A DNA stretch of 64,000 nucleotides from Lama glama (Eukaryota): positions 34,288,001-34,352,000 of the forward strand of contig CM052818.1 of NCBI GenBank assembly GCA_028534125.1. The letters are read 5' to 3'. A program made the translations under genes and the position numbers. Each line of letters opens with the position of its first letter. Position 1 is the stretch's first letter. The notes beneath the pieces are model-generated. The model was given only the letters and a program-made list of their open reading frames with translations. It was not told the origin of the DNA and ran no database searches. This document shows, in pieces, positions 23,931 to 36,305 of the stretch.

Positions 23931-25899
23931 AGATGTGTCAGACTTAAGTCTGGCTGTTTTGCAAAGAGTAGTGATGTAAGTGCACACAATAAAGCACAAT
24001 AAACAAGTTATGGATGTAACGTTCTTATGCAACACCCCCCTCCAAAACACCTCTAGTCGAAAACTCAGTTCAAAATAATAAAATGCAGTTTTTGGACTAC
24101 TTAATAAACTTGTGTCTAAATAACAAGTGAGACAATAATGATGGTATGGGGGAAAATAAAATCATATTATTACTTCACACCATACACAAAATATCAATTC
24201 CTGGTGGACTGATAACATATGAGAAAGGCAAAATTTAAAAACCTTTAGCAAATAATATAAAATAATATATTTTAAAACTTGAAGTAGGACTTCTTAAACA
24301 AGATACAAAGTGTACAAACCAAAAAAGGAAAGATGCATCAATTTGATAAAAAAAAAATTAAGAACTTCTGTTCATCAAAAAATATCATGAAGGAAAATGA
24401 CAATCCCTAAAAAAAATTATGATGAGCTTGGAGGGGAGCTTTCCAACGACTACACAAGAGCCTTTTCTTCGGGTTCATATATTATCTGTTCACCTGTATC
24501 CTTCAAGCAGGGACATTCAGTGGTTATAATACCACTGCACTCATACCATCCTATCTAAAATATTGTCACTGGATTGCATATTTGGATTTCCATTAAAAAA
24601 AAAAAAAGGTAGCTATGAAGGGCAGTAGAGAGAGACGGGGAGTATCAGGGAGGCAAGGGTGTGGGGATAAGGCAACACTCCTGCCCTTTAGATCAGAAAT
24701 AGCAGAGCACATCTGTGGAATGCCAAGGAAAGGAGCATGAATTTAATTCTAAGTGCAGGTGGAAAGGATAACAGAAAGCCCCTGGGAAGGTGACAAACGA
24801 ATATAGCCAAGAGCTCATGGAGGAGGAAGAGGAGGACCTTTTGATGGAAAGGGGACACCAAGCTTCTCTGTCATGAGAAGATAAAGGGGAATCCAGTCTG
24901 GAGGCTTCTATTTCCTCAGGGAAGCATGAGGCAAGGTCATCATCAGCCCAGAGTGAATGAGGGGACTGGAGTTGTAAGGATGCTTCTACATCAGGAAACA
25001 GGGAACATCATAATTAATATTCCCATTAAAATTATGAATGAGACAAAGATGACCAAAACCCTGCTCTTATTTCAACACTAGTCTCAGGGCCTCACTAATA
25101 CAGTAAGAATAAAATGTATAAAAATGAAAAAGAAGATTCAAAAGTCATTATTTGCAGACAGTAAAATAGCCTACTTAAAATTTTAAATTAAAGTAACTGT
25201 AGGACTATTAGGACTCACATGAGAATTCAGCAAGTTAGCTGGAGGCAAAGGTTATTTAGGTTTAGGAAAGGAAAAGAATCCCAGTCACAAACTGAAACAT
25301 CTATAAATAATCTATAATACTTTTTTTCACCCAGCTCTTAGCTACATAGCGGAAGACAAGTAAAGCAGCTGTTGCCACAGTATACACTTCTTATTCCTGG
25401 GTCTTCCATCCACCAGACCACGGCACAGAAACTGAGGACCACAGTGGGGTCTTCTTTCCCAGCACATCACCTCTGGAAGGAACAAGGTGAGAGCACTGCT
25501 TGATTAGAGCACTTTGGTTAAGGCCAACATAGCCATTCACTGAAGGAAAAAACCAAACCAAACCCCAAAACCTGGAAGGGCACCTTCTAAAAGTAAAACT
25601 GTTGTTTGAAATTGTCACAAAAAGCAGCCAATAATTTTGCAACTTAAACACTTATTTAAAAAAATCCTGTGTCTGTTGGAACAAGCTGTGTCACTTTGTT
25701 CAAGATACCACGGCTGTCTGTGCCTCAGTTGTCTAATCTGTAAATTGGGCACAATATAAAGTTGAGTTAATTCATGTAAAGAATTTAACACAATGTCTAC
25801 ATAGCGGTAAGCACTCAACACATGCTAGTAGAATCAAGAATGAGTCATTGGAGGCAGGTTGTCTGGGCCGTCCTTTCTCATCCTCGGAACTGCCTTCCC

Positions 25900-26800
25900 C
25901 AGTCCCTCCCCGGCCTTGGAACTTGGGCAGTCCGCGAGCAGATGCTGGACGGCAGAACCGCTTTGCGCCCCTGAAGAGGATGCCCAGCGGACCGAGAGGC
26001 GGGAGCTGGGGCTCGATCCCAGGCTAAGCAAGCGAGCCTCGGATTTTTGTTTTTTGTTTGTTTTTGCCTGTGAAATGGGCAGGCGGACCTGGCCATGCCC
26101 ACCTCACAGACGGGCTGCAGGGAGGCCGGCGCGGAGGGAAAGGGATCGGGGAGGGTTACCTAAGGAGGGGCGCGGCCGGGGGGCGGCGGGAGGCGGGCTC
26201 GCGGTGCGCCTCCTTGGGGTTTCGGGCTTGCGGCTCCGGCGCGGCCCCATGGCGGGCGCGCAGGGTTGCGGCCCCGCAGCTCCTTCTTGGCCTTCGCGGT
26301 GTAGGGGAAGAGGCTGGAGTGCAGGGGAAGGCCAGGAACGACCTGGCCGCGTGCAGCGGCTGGGTGGTGTTCAAATTGCCCGCACAGAGGCTGACTCACT
26401 GCCGGCGTTTTTTAAAAACCGAATTCAGCGACTCCCAGTGGCTGCTTCTGGAACGCTCCTAACGCAGAGCGACTGCGGAGAGGACCAATGAGAGTACAGA
26501 CAGGGAGGCTCACGGCGGCGGTGATAGGAGGATACTGCGGGGACATGGCGGATCGACGGTAGGAATCAGCCAATGGGGACTTGGAAGAGTGAAAGGAGGC
26601 GGGAACTGCTCCTGCCCTCTGCTTGCTGGTGGAGGAGCTCATCTTTGAGTCAGGCCCAGGTCCTCCGGTCCCCCCTACGCCAAAAAGGAAACGTCGATTC
26701 TGAAGATGTAGATAGATGGTGCGTGTGCGGAACGCGTTTCTCTAGACGAATCACGCTGCGCACTTAGTGTTTTGCTCTACCTACCCCGAACCCCGAGGTG
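25900..26800 (-). promoter_or_regulatory. CENPA: CENPA CpG-island promoter with CDE/CHR and CCAAT boxes
   Basis: Minus strand TGCGG-GCAA-TTTGAA at 26384-26370; CCAAT at 26485-26489 and 26570-26574. Confidence 0.8.
26160..26250 (-). CDS. CENPA: CENPA coding exon 1 (N-terminal tail)
   Basis: CCCGCCATGG Kozak context; MGPRRSRKPETPRRRTASPPPAAPRPRPSL; TTAG|GTAACC donor; 91 nt; not called as such in the ORF track. Confidence 0.93.
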
Positions 26801-27184
26801 CTTTTAAAGATGGAGACCCACAGAGAATGTGACTACCCTGTGTCTTTCCTGTGACCAGGAACACCCCACTAATATGACTCAAAGGTCAGCTTAACTGCAT
26901 GAACATTATTTATGATTAGGGTCGTGGGACAGCCAGGGTGAGGGCTGTAACCATGAGGTCAGGCGGGGCTGGCCTGGCTCTATATTTGGATCACATGCTC
27001 CAGTTTTTTCGATAGAATCATCCCAAGGGAAATGACCCTTTCCCGTCCTGTTGGAGATAATATACATTCAGGTCAAATGTAGAACTAGGTGATTAGAATA
27101 AAGGGGATTTTATTGTCTACACTTTGCTTTTCTGCATTTTCTAATGTTCTACAGTAAATGTGTACTGTAATCAGGAAAAATGTT

Positions 27185-27552
27185 ACAAAATCATTTTATG
27201 GAATCCTTGTTAACTGCCACAGATAATGCAAATGGTGCAGCCACAGTAGAAAACAGTATGGTGATGGATGAAAAAAATTAAACATTGAATTACTATATGA
27301 TTCAATAATTCCACTTCTGGGTATATATTTAAAAGAATTAAAAGCAAGAACTTGCACAGGTATTTGTACAGTAATGCTCATAGTAGTGTTATACACAATA
27401 GCCAAAAATGAACAGATAGACAAAATGTGGTATATAAATACAATGGAATATTATTCAGCCTTAAAGAGAAAGTAAATTTTGATACGTATTAAAGGCATTA
27501 TATGCCAGACACAAAAGGACAAATATTGTATGATTCCACTTATAGAAGGAAG
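27185..27552 (+). mobile_element. L1M 3' fragment
   Basis: AAATGGTGCAGCCAC...CAATGGAATATTATTCAGCC...TGTATGATTCCACTTAT. Confidence 0.75.
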
Positions 27553-27554
27553 GT

Positions 27555-28055
27555 CATCCATATAATTGAAAACAGCAATATTTCATTTTTTATGCCTGAA
27601 TAATATTCTATTACATACAGATATATATCTCACAATATGCATATATATCACAGTTTCTTTATCTGTTCATCCACTGATGAACACTTAGGTTGTTTCCAAA
27701 CCCTGGCTGTTGTAAATAATGCTGTGGTGGATATGAAGGTGTTTATATCTTTTCTTGTTTTCATTTTCTTTGAATACCTAGAAATGGAATTGCTGGATCA
27801 CATGGTAGTTCTATTGTTAATTTTTTGAGGATCCTCCATACAATCTACCACCAGCAGTGCACAAGGATTCCTTTTCACTAATGGCTGCACTAATTACTCC
27901 CACCAGGGCACAAGGGTTCGCTTTTCTCCGTATCCTGTTATTTCTTGTGTTTTTTGATAACAGCCATTCTTACAGGTGTGAGCTGATGATAGCTCATTGT
28001 GGTTTTGATTTGCATTTTCCTGATGCTTAATGATGTTGAGCATCTTTTCATGTGC
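27555..28055 (-). mobile_element. L1M 3' fragment (opposite orientation)
   Basis: GAATTGCTGGATCACATGGTAGTTC...CTCATTGTGGTTTTGATTTGCATTT. Confidence 0.8.
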
Positions 28056-31000
28056 CTAGTGCCCATCTTTTTACAAGCTGTTTGTTCCTCCTAGAATATT
28101 CCTTTCCTGCTCACCTTGCAATGCTGGGCTCAAGCAGAGCTGACAGCTCTGGGCAATTTGTCCGTCTCTCCCTACTACCTGCCCTGCCCCTCAGACAAAG
28201 GCCTCTCACTGCACACCATGCTGAGCTGGAATTCTTTCTTTACATACTCACCTCTTCTGTTTTCTTTGATGGAGCCAGTTCTTGGAGCAGTTCAGTTCTC
28301 AATAAAGTTTGCTGAATTCTAGGATAGAAATCCCTTATGAAAAATTTTCTGGACCAGAGCTGTTAATGAAGAAAGGTGGTTTATAAACTTCTATGGCTAC
28401 AGAGGGAACCTCCTGCTGACCTTGGGTTTTCCAAAGATGTAGTCAACAGAAGGCTAGAGTGGTCTTAACCAAGGGAAATAGGAAAGAATGAAATCATAAG
28501 CATGGCAGGGAGGTGAACACACTGAGGAATGCTAAGAACCTCTCTTAGTAGGCAGCCTAGGTCTTGAGAAGTAACCTCTCTTGTCCAAGGTCACCCAGTC
28601 GAGGGAGTGGCAGGGCTAAGGACACAGCTCGCTGACTCTGGATTCTGCTTCTTTACCCCACACCACGTGGCCGTTTGCCCCACTCCTACCGTCCTCTCCT
28701 CTCAGGGTACTCTGACCTCCTTGAATGCTGTTTGCTTGTTCTAGTAGAGACCTTTGGACAGAGTGAAGGCCAACACAACCACCTGGCAGGGTCCTAAATC
28801 TCTCTTGTGGGCAGCTTCCTGGCAGAGGAGCCTGAGGGCTACTCCAAGCCTGGACTGTAGTCCTGGATGAAGCCCCTACCCCAGGGTCCCCCAGGACCAC
28901 TCTGGAAGGGGCAGGGACTGGTCAGTTCACTGCAATGCAGATGGTCTGAATTGCACTGTATGTGAACCAATGTTAACAGAAGTCTCTTATCAGTCAATTC
29001 TAATTTGGGGTCCAGGCCCCCCTTACTCCACTCAGAACAGTAGACCACAGCTAGACATTCCTCACAACCCTTTACACTCAGCGAGAGACTGGAGGTCCTT
29101 AACCTCCCCATCCCTCCCCCAAGGGACCAACAAGACACAGCACAGGCTCTCAAACTCACGCTCCACAGCAGCCCAGACAGCAGGATAGAGTGACCACGTC
29201 TCCAGGGTTTGAAAGCGCACCTGGAGTCAAACATAAAATGTTCACGAGGCATCATATTTTCTCTTATAATCGATGTGAGGTTTATGCTCTACTCCACAAT
29301 TGTATGTTTGAACAACACATCTCTTCCCCTCCAAGCAAAACTCATGCTCCTCCCCAGGGCTCTGCTGGGACTTCAGCGCTTGACAGAGCACCCTGGTGGG
29401 CAGGCAGCCTTACATGGCGCTTCACTGTGCGCTGGAGTTTACAGGCACCTTCCCTTTAGTATCTTAGGTAGTATTCACACCCATCCTGTGAGATGGAGGT
29501 TTCCCATTTCAGAGCTCTAGGAGGTAAAGCGAGTTGCCCGAGTGGGTGACAGGCCTGAGTGAGTCCCCCCTCGCCATGCTGTGCCCTCACCCCTGAAGTC
29601 TCGCTATTAACCCTCAACCCTTCAATGTTAAAATTCACAGTCCCTTTGGCAGCACTCAGAGGGCTACGACTTTTGTACACCTGAGTATAGAGGCAAGGGT
29701 AGCCCACGCAGAGCAGTCCTGGACCCTTGGTTAGCTATGCTTCTATGCAAGAATGGGATGGGCAAAGACTGAGAACCAGGACATCTGGCTTTGCCAGTCT
29801 CTGGCTGTGTGTCCTTCGGAAGCATCTTCCTCTCTGGGCTTCAGTTTCTTCATCTGAACAATGCGTGGGGAACTTAGTGGTTTCTATGCTTTGGGACATT
29901 CAAGCTTTTCCATTCCGGCATTCTAGACTGTACCTCCAAGAATGTCCCAACCCTTGGGCTCCATCTCTCTTGTTAAAAAGATGTCCATATTGCCAATTAC
30001 CCTTTTCTTTGTAAAAATAAAGCCTGAAACAACATTGTAAGGCTCGTTTTCTGGACAAGGCAGCTTGGTCCCCATCACCCCCATTCTCCATTTCCCCCTT
30101 TCTGTGGCACATTCCATGGCCACAGGAGCTCAGGGCTCCCTGGGATTCAGAGCTGGCGGGATGGGAGGCCCTCTGATCCCAAAAAAACTGTAAGAACCTG
30201 CTGGAACCCCGCAGCCCTGAGGCTTTGCTTGTCAGAGATCCCTTCCCCCAGGATCTCCTTTAAGGAAGGCATCTGGTGTTTTGTTTCATGATTGAGCTGC
30301 CCAGGAAAATGGTCTGAGGCTCCAGAAACTGCCAGACGGAGGAGCACTGGGACAAGGGGCTGCTCAGCTCCCTGGGGTCCCTGATGCCAGCCCCCTCGCT
30401 TCAGGGTGGGCTTACTGGGAGGGCAGCAGCACATGATGCTTCTTTCCCCAAACACAGATGGGAAAGTACTTTGGAAGTACGCCCCAAAGATTCCAGGCGC
30501 CACAGGTTTGGAATCGGGTAAACCGATGTGGGATACTGGCTCCATATGGAAGTCGCTTAACCTTCTCTGGGCCACAGTTTCCTCATCTGCACCCATCTGT
30601 GCAGGCTGTTATGCACAGAATGAAAGCTAAGCACAGAATACAACACCTGGCTACCAGAAATCGCTCTATAAATAGCCTCCTGGTAAATCCATCACCCTGG
30701 AGGGTTCTCCATGGAGTCGAGTTGCTGGGGGTGGGGCCGAGGCCCAGGTGTGCTCTACACCCTAGCCTGCTGCCGGATCCGGGAGCCCAGGGCAGGAGAG
30801 CCCTTTTGCCAAACTTACAACTCTGGGCCTCAGTTTCCTCATCTTTAAAATGGAACATGGGGAGTTTATAAAAGCAGCTATCCAGGGCTGCCTAGAATTT
30901 CCTTGTAATCTCCCCCAGGTCAGGAGGCCTTGAGTGTGTGAGCAAGTTCGCCAAAGCAGGTGAGGGGAGAACACCGTGGGCGGGGGGCATTTCCAATAAA

Positions 31001-31639
31001 TGGGCTGTTACTCCTTCCTCGGGTTTGTCAAAACCACAGGCCCACAGAATGGGCCCAGCTGGGCTGGAAGGCACTGAAGCCACACCATCAACACCTTCTG
31101 CTTTACAGAGCAGGACAGCAAGGCCCAGAGCGACTCGTACATGGCCAGGGAGCACACACACTAAGTCTGCAACAAGGCAATGGCTGAAAGCAAGGCCTCC
31201 GGACAGGGTCAGGGAATATCTTACAAGTTTTAGAAAATACGGCGCTTAGTTCTGTTTGAATTTGCTCACTGACCTCTTTCCTTGGGAGAACCACATTCAA
31301 CTTATGATTTGGGAGGCCCTAGAGTTGTTGGTTCCTGTGATTCTGCTTCATGTTTCAGCTCCAGTGTTGCAGGAGGGGACTCAGGGGCTGGGGGAGCCTG
31401 GTGGGGGGTGGGTCACTGCACTCAGGCCTGTCGGGGCTGGGTAACACTTTTCAGCAGGTGGTGGTGACAAAGGAGGACCTGGGTGTTATGTTTTCTGTGG
31501 CAGCAGCTGCCCTGGGGGTCTTTGGGGAGGGGCAGGGTGAGGCCTGGGGGACAGGGCACTTGGGGTTCACCAGCCCATGTGGCCTCAGCCTCAGGGTGAG
31601 CAAGGAGTGTCCTGGGGCAGCAGAGATCCCACAGGAAGC

Positions 31640-32109
31640 TCAGCTGCCATCGTTGATGGGAGTCCGGGAGCCCCCCAGCAGTCTCTCATGCTCACCCTCC
31701 TCCATGGGGGGCCGGCCCCTGCCCAGGCGGGTCAGCAGCGGGCGGTGCAGCCCGTTGTAGAGGGCGGTGCCGGTCAGGAGGATGAGGAAGCCGAGGATCT
31801 GCAGTGGGTGGAAGGCCTCCCAACCCAGCGCCAGGCTCACTGCCCAGATGACAATGGTCCGCAGGCTGTCCAGCACCATTCGGGTGGTGGCACTCAGTTC
31901 CTTGGTGACGCTGATGCCCGCAAAGTTGAAGAAGGCAATGCTGCTGATGTTGCCCAGCAGCGCCAGGGCGATGAGCGGCTGGTGGCCCACCTGGCAGAAG
32001 GCGTCCAGTGCATCCTCCAGTGTCCCGCGAGGGCTTCCGCTGAAGGAGCCGGCAGGGATGTAGTACATGGGCACCAGCAGCAGGGAGAGGATCACGAAGC
32101 CAAAGAGGC
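31640..32109 (-). CDS. SLC35F6: SLC35F6 coding exon 6 (terminal, with stop)
   Basis: GLFGFVILSLLLVPMYYIP...SIAFFNFAGISVTKELSATTRMVLDSLRT...TPINDGS*; 470 nt; the six exons sum to 1116 nt = 371 aa + stop. Confidence 0.96.
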
Positions 32110-33412
32110 CTGCGGGAGGGGGGCAAGCATGTCACACTCTCTGCTGGGCCCCCAGCCTCCCAGCACGTTCTGCCCAGCAAGTCCGCTGATCTCCTGGCCA
32201 CCCCTTCCTAGAGGCCCTCACTCCAGCCCCTTCCTTTCAGATCCTGGAGCCGTCTTGCTTATCAGGAACTCATAGTGGCCCACAGACTGGGCTCTGGCAG
32301 CCCCAAATTCACTTTCATCCATATTTTTCTTACTGGACCCAAAATAAGAAATACATTTTATCTATGACCAGTATACGTGCGCACAGACATGTACACACAC
32401 TTTCACAAAATAGCTACCCTTACGATTTACAATGCTCTCTGACACTTATAAATTCTATTCTTTTCATTTACAAAAGGATTGTTGGTGGCAACCACAACAT
32501 GGCTCTCCCAAGTGGAAAAATGTAGCTAATTTAGTGCCACTGGTCTGTGACAAGGAGTTGGGCCAGAATGTAAATCAATGTACTGCTTCATTCAGAAAGT
32601 CTTGCTAGGGAAAAAAATGAGGGGAAATAATCAGTGTGCTCGATGACGCAGCTGACTTGGTTAACATTCTGCCCTCCGTTCATAGTGGGCCAGGCACAAA
32701 CAGCTCCCTGACTGGTACATCGGTCACACGTTGGTAGCACTGCTCTAATCCACCCTGCTAGTTACATATTTTTTTAAGCATAATTTTGATTTACTTCCCT
32801 GCTCAAAAACCTTTGATGGTTCTTCCCTACCTGTCATTTAAAGTTTAAATCCACTAGTCTGATGTTCAAGGTTCTCTACGATATGACCTGGACATACTCA
32901 ATTCCTGGTCATTTCCCCAACATCAAACCTGTATCTCACCCAATCTTTTCCTCAATGGTTTCCAAGTCCATGTCCAGCTCCCCATGTCTTCTCTCTGACT
33001 GGAGTTCCCTCCTTCCCACTGTTGCCTGTTAAACTGTGCAGCTCGAATGCCACCCTCACTGTGCCAAGACACTCAGGTATGCTTGGCAAAAGTGTCACTT
33101 AAGCAAAAATGGTCTGAGCTAAAATGCACTGCCTAGTCCTTCTTGCTGGTCAATTTCTCTAGAGTGGGACTTGCATCTCATTTATCATTGTCCTCGTCCT
33201 CCCTTAGCTCCTGGCTGCGTGCACAGCAGGTGTCAGAGTGTTTGTCAACACATACATGGTGAAGAGAGGAAGGAAGGGGGGCAGGAGGCTCACCCCACCC
33301 AGAGGTCCCCAGCACCTTGCCCTGCATCCCTACTTGTGCATTCACCCCACGTGCTACCCTGCAGTGCGAGCCCCGACCCAGTGCCCTCCCGCCAGCCCAT
33401 GTGCTCACACAC

Positions 33413-33523
33413 CCTCAGTGCCAACTGCCCGCAGTGGGTGCACATTGTGCTTGTAGACGAACTTCTCCTCTAGCACCATCTGGATGGAGACGATGATCTG
33501 GGCCATAATGATCAGCAGGTCCC
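33413..33523 (-). CDS. SLC35F6: SLC35F6 coding exon 5
   Basis: GDLLIIMAQIIVSIQMVLEEKFVYKHNVHPLRAVGTE; TAG| and G|GTGTGT; 111 nt. Confidence 0.95.
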
Positions 33524-34291
33524 CTATGGGAAAGAAGGGGCCCAGGGTGAGGCCTGGGCTGCACCAGGGTTGGGAGGCAGGGCGGCAGGCCCAGGGCTGA
33601 GGGAGACAGCTCCCACAGGGACATATAGCACCCGAAGCCCCTGACTCTATAGGGCACCATACAGTCCATGAGGCCAGGTCATGACAACCTGGCACCTGAT
33701 CTCCCAGCCCTTGGGGGGTGGGGCAGGCCAGCAGGGCAGGCACTATCACCCACTCAGGGCTGAGGTTCCAGAAGGTCCGGGGACCTGTCTGAGCTTGAGA
33801 GCTGCACAATGGAGTAAGCAGATCTTTTGAAAAGTGACAGGCTTTCAGATGGACATTTCGGGTTTAATCCTGCCTCTGGGCAACTAGGGTGGTCACTTCA
33901 CTGTAAAAAGGGCTGCAAGGCTGCTTTTCTGGGATGGTGGGGATGGCTGTGATGACAAGCACACAGCGGGCAGCAGGGGGTGGGCCTTTGGGAAGTACTC
34001 ACTCTGCATTCTTGTCCTCTCCCAGATCCAGCAGTTTGTGCGGCTGAAAGTATATCGCAGCACAAGCCCGCTCCCTCCTCTGACCTCCCTGCTCCTTATG
34101 TACTCCTCCCTCCTGCTGCCGGCCCCGCTCTGCTCCTCCCTACACTCTTTCCATCACCTCAAGAGCAGGTGCATGTCTGCATCAGCTGGTGCCCGCCACA
34201 CCCTCCCCCAGGGCTTGGTGTACGGCAGTGCTTGTAAAAGTTTGGTAGTGACTCTTGGGCAGCCCAGTGGGACCTCCAACCCCGGCCACAC

Positions 34292-34504
34292 CTGTGATCA
34301 CTTCGCTGAGCTTGTGCTGCCCATCGTGCTTGCTCAGAAGGTCAGCCAGGCCCACGACCACCAGCCCCGCGATGGTTACCAGGATGCCCAGCCACTGGCT
34401 CAGCACCAGTCTTCGTCCCAGGAAGGCCACTGAAAAGAGGCCAGTGAATATGATCACGGCTCCCCGCAGCATCTGGAAGCTGGAGGCACTGGTCATGTTC
34501 AGCG
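34292..34504 (-). CDS. SLC35F6: SLC35F6 coding exon 4
   Basis: ALNMTSASSFQMLRGAVIIFTGLFSVAFLGRRL...SEVIT, typical of nucleotide-sugar transporter/DMT-fold helices; TAG| and G|GTGTGG; 213 nt. Confidence 0.95.
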
Positions 34505-34766
34505 CTAGGAGAGGAGAGACGCGCAACATTAGTTCCTGAGGGCCAAGCTTGTCTGTTCCCTGAGGTGTCCTCAGGGCTGAAGACGTGCCTGGCACATAGT
34601 AAGTACTCAATAAATCCTGGATGGGTGTGTGTGTGTGTGTGTAAAGGTCAGTAGGGAGGGGCAGGGGTACTGAAGATGCTCTGGGGGTAGGGGTGGCTCT
34701 TTCCCCAGCAGCCCCCATGGGCCACAGGCTTCACTGAGCCCTTCGCAGCCTGGCCTGGCTACTCAC

Positions 34767-34938
34767 CCACATACATGATGCTGGTCCCAGTCATGTCGCA
34801 GAGGGCTGGGGGCAGGAAGAGGAGGGGGTTGAAGGGCTGCTGGGGGTCGGTGCTGGGGTCTGGGGTCCCTGCTAGCCTGCACTGGAGCAGGTAGAAGGCA
34901 GCCAGGCAGGAGAACTCCCCCAGGAACATGCCCACTGC
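34767..34938 (-). CDS. SLC35F6: SLC35F6 coding exon 3
   Basis: AVGMFLGEFSCLAAFYLL...PPALCDMTGTSIMYV; CAG| acceptor and G|GTGAGT donor; 172 nt. Confidence 0.95.
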
Positions 34939-35635
34939 CTGCAGGGACAGAACCATAGGAGTTCAGAGCCAGAAGGGTGACCACCCAGAAGAAAATTTTT
35001 AAAACACAACCTTTCTTTAAACAAGAGTTTATCTATAACCCCAACACGTAAAACAGACAAAGGCAGAACTGCTGTGTCAAACATCTCAATGGGACCCTCA
35101 GGCTGCAGACAGCCTGGTCTGAAAAACTACCAATCTGGGCCAATCCCTGCTCAAGTTCCAGGTGGAGAAATCAAGGCCCGAGAGGGTCAAGAAATTATTT
35201 TAGGTTACAAATCAAGTTGTTGTCAAAGCTGAAGCTAAAATCTGAGTCTCTCACTTTCCAGTCTAGCAATAAGGCATCTTCCATTTATGGTGTCTGCCCT
35301 GTCCCAGGGGGGTCTGGGCTCCCTGGAATTGGAGAGCAGGTTTTACACAGGGCTTGATTTTTCCAAATGCGTCCTGACTTGGCCATGGTGAGGGTTGGCC
35401 TCACGGTGCCCAGGGCGTGACCGCTCACCAGGACTTGTGCAAGCCTCCTACAGGGGACAGTGCCCTTTGCTCCCATCCGGGGGCACTGCATATCCGGCCT
35501 CTGCTCTGAGACGGGAAAGAGAGAAGCGAGTGGCTCCCAGGCACTCCACCCCTAGGTCAGGAGACAGCAGGGCCTTATGGGGCACCTGTCCTGTAAGCCT
35601 GGGAGTCGGGAGGTAGGAAAGTCAGGGACAGATAC

Positions 35636-35708
35636 CTGGAGAAAAGGATGCTGGAAGCTGTGTTCCTTGCTCCCTCCACAGCCTGGGGCCACAAAGTTGT
35701 CTGCCCAC
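35636..35708 (-). CDS. SLC35F6: SLC35F6 coding exon 2
   Basis: CTGCAG| acceptor; (K)WADNFVAPGCGGSKEHSFQHPFLQ; CAG|GTATCT donor; 73 nt, phase matches exon 1. Confidence 0.93.
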
Positions 35709-35884
35709 CTGCAGCAGAGAGAGAGGAGGTCAAACCCTCCTACCTGGTCCTGGGGCCTGCGGTGAGCTCACTCCTCGCAAGGCTGAGAGGCCAGACTCAG
35801 GGGATTCTGCCTGGAGCGGGGCTCCCTCTCCAAGGGGCCAGTCTCCATGACAAGGAGCTTTCATCTGAGATTGTGGACAGAATG

Positions 35885-36305
35885 TGGGGGCCTGGGAAAC
35901 TTTAGCTGAAATTTCATGAACCTGCAACAGAAATTGTGCATTTCCTCAAATTATGAAGGTAGTATTATGGTCCCTGCAACTTTGTCACATGTGGAAATCA
36001 CAGCTATTGTCATGATCACATTAGAGTCCCTGTAGAAACTGTGAAGTCATCATTTACAGTCATCACTACTCCAAAATTACAGTAATTAGACCCAATGCTT
36101 ATAATTTCATGGGTTAAGAAATGCACGTGCACACACATGCACACTCCGATATCACAAACTGGCTTTTTTTTAGTTTTGATAACTTTATTTCAACATAATT
36201 GCCTTTTTCTGTAATTCTTGGTCTTTTATGTGCACATTTAAAAACACTACTCTAAGCTTCACCAGGCTACAAAGGGAACAATGGCTCAAAAACATCAAGT
36301 CCCTG
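35885..36305. mobile_element. hAT-Charlie-type DNA transposon remnant
   Basis: AT-rich block ending GCTTCACCAGGCTACAAAGGG...AAAAACATCAAGTCCCTG. Confidence 0.5.

Noticed and set aside
24419..24560. C/D snoRNA candidate (ATGATGA box C) in CENPA intron 1
   Set aside because: Antisense to the host gene, no downstream CTGA box D, no terminal stem
25859..26491. 210-aa + strand ORF
   Set aside because: GC-rich antisense frame over CENPA exon 1 and promoter
31577..32275. 232-aa + strand ORF
   Set aside because: Antisense shadow of SLC35F6 exon 6
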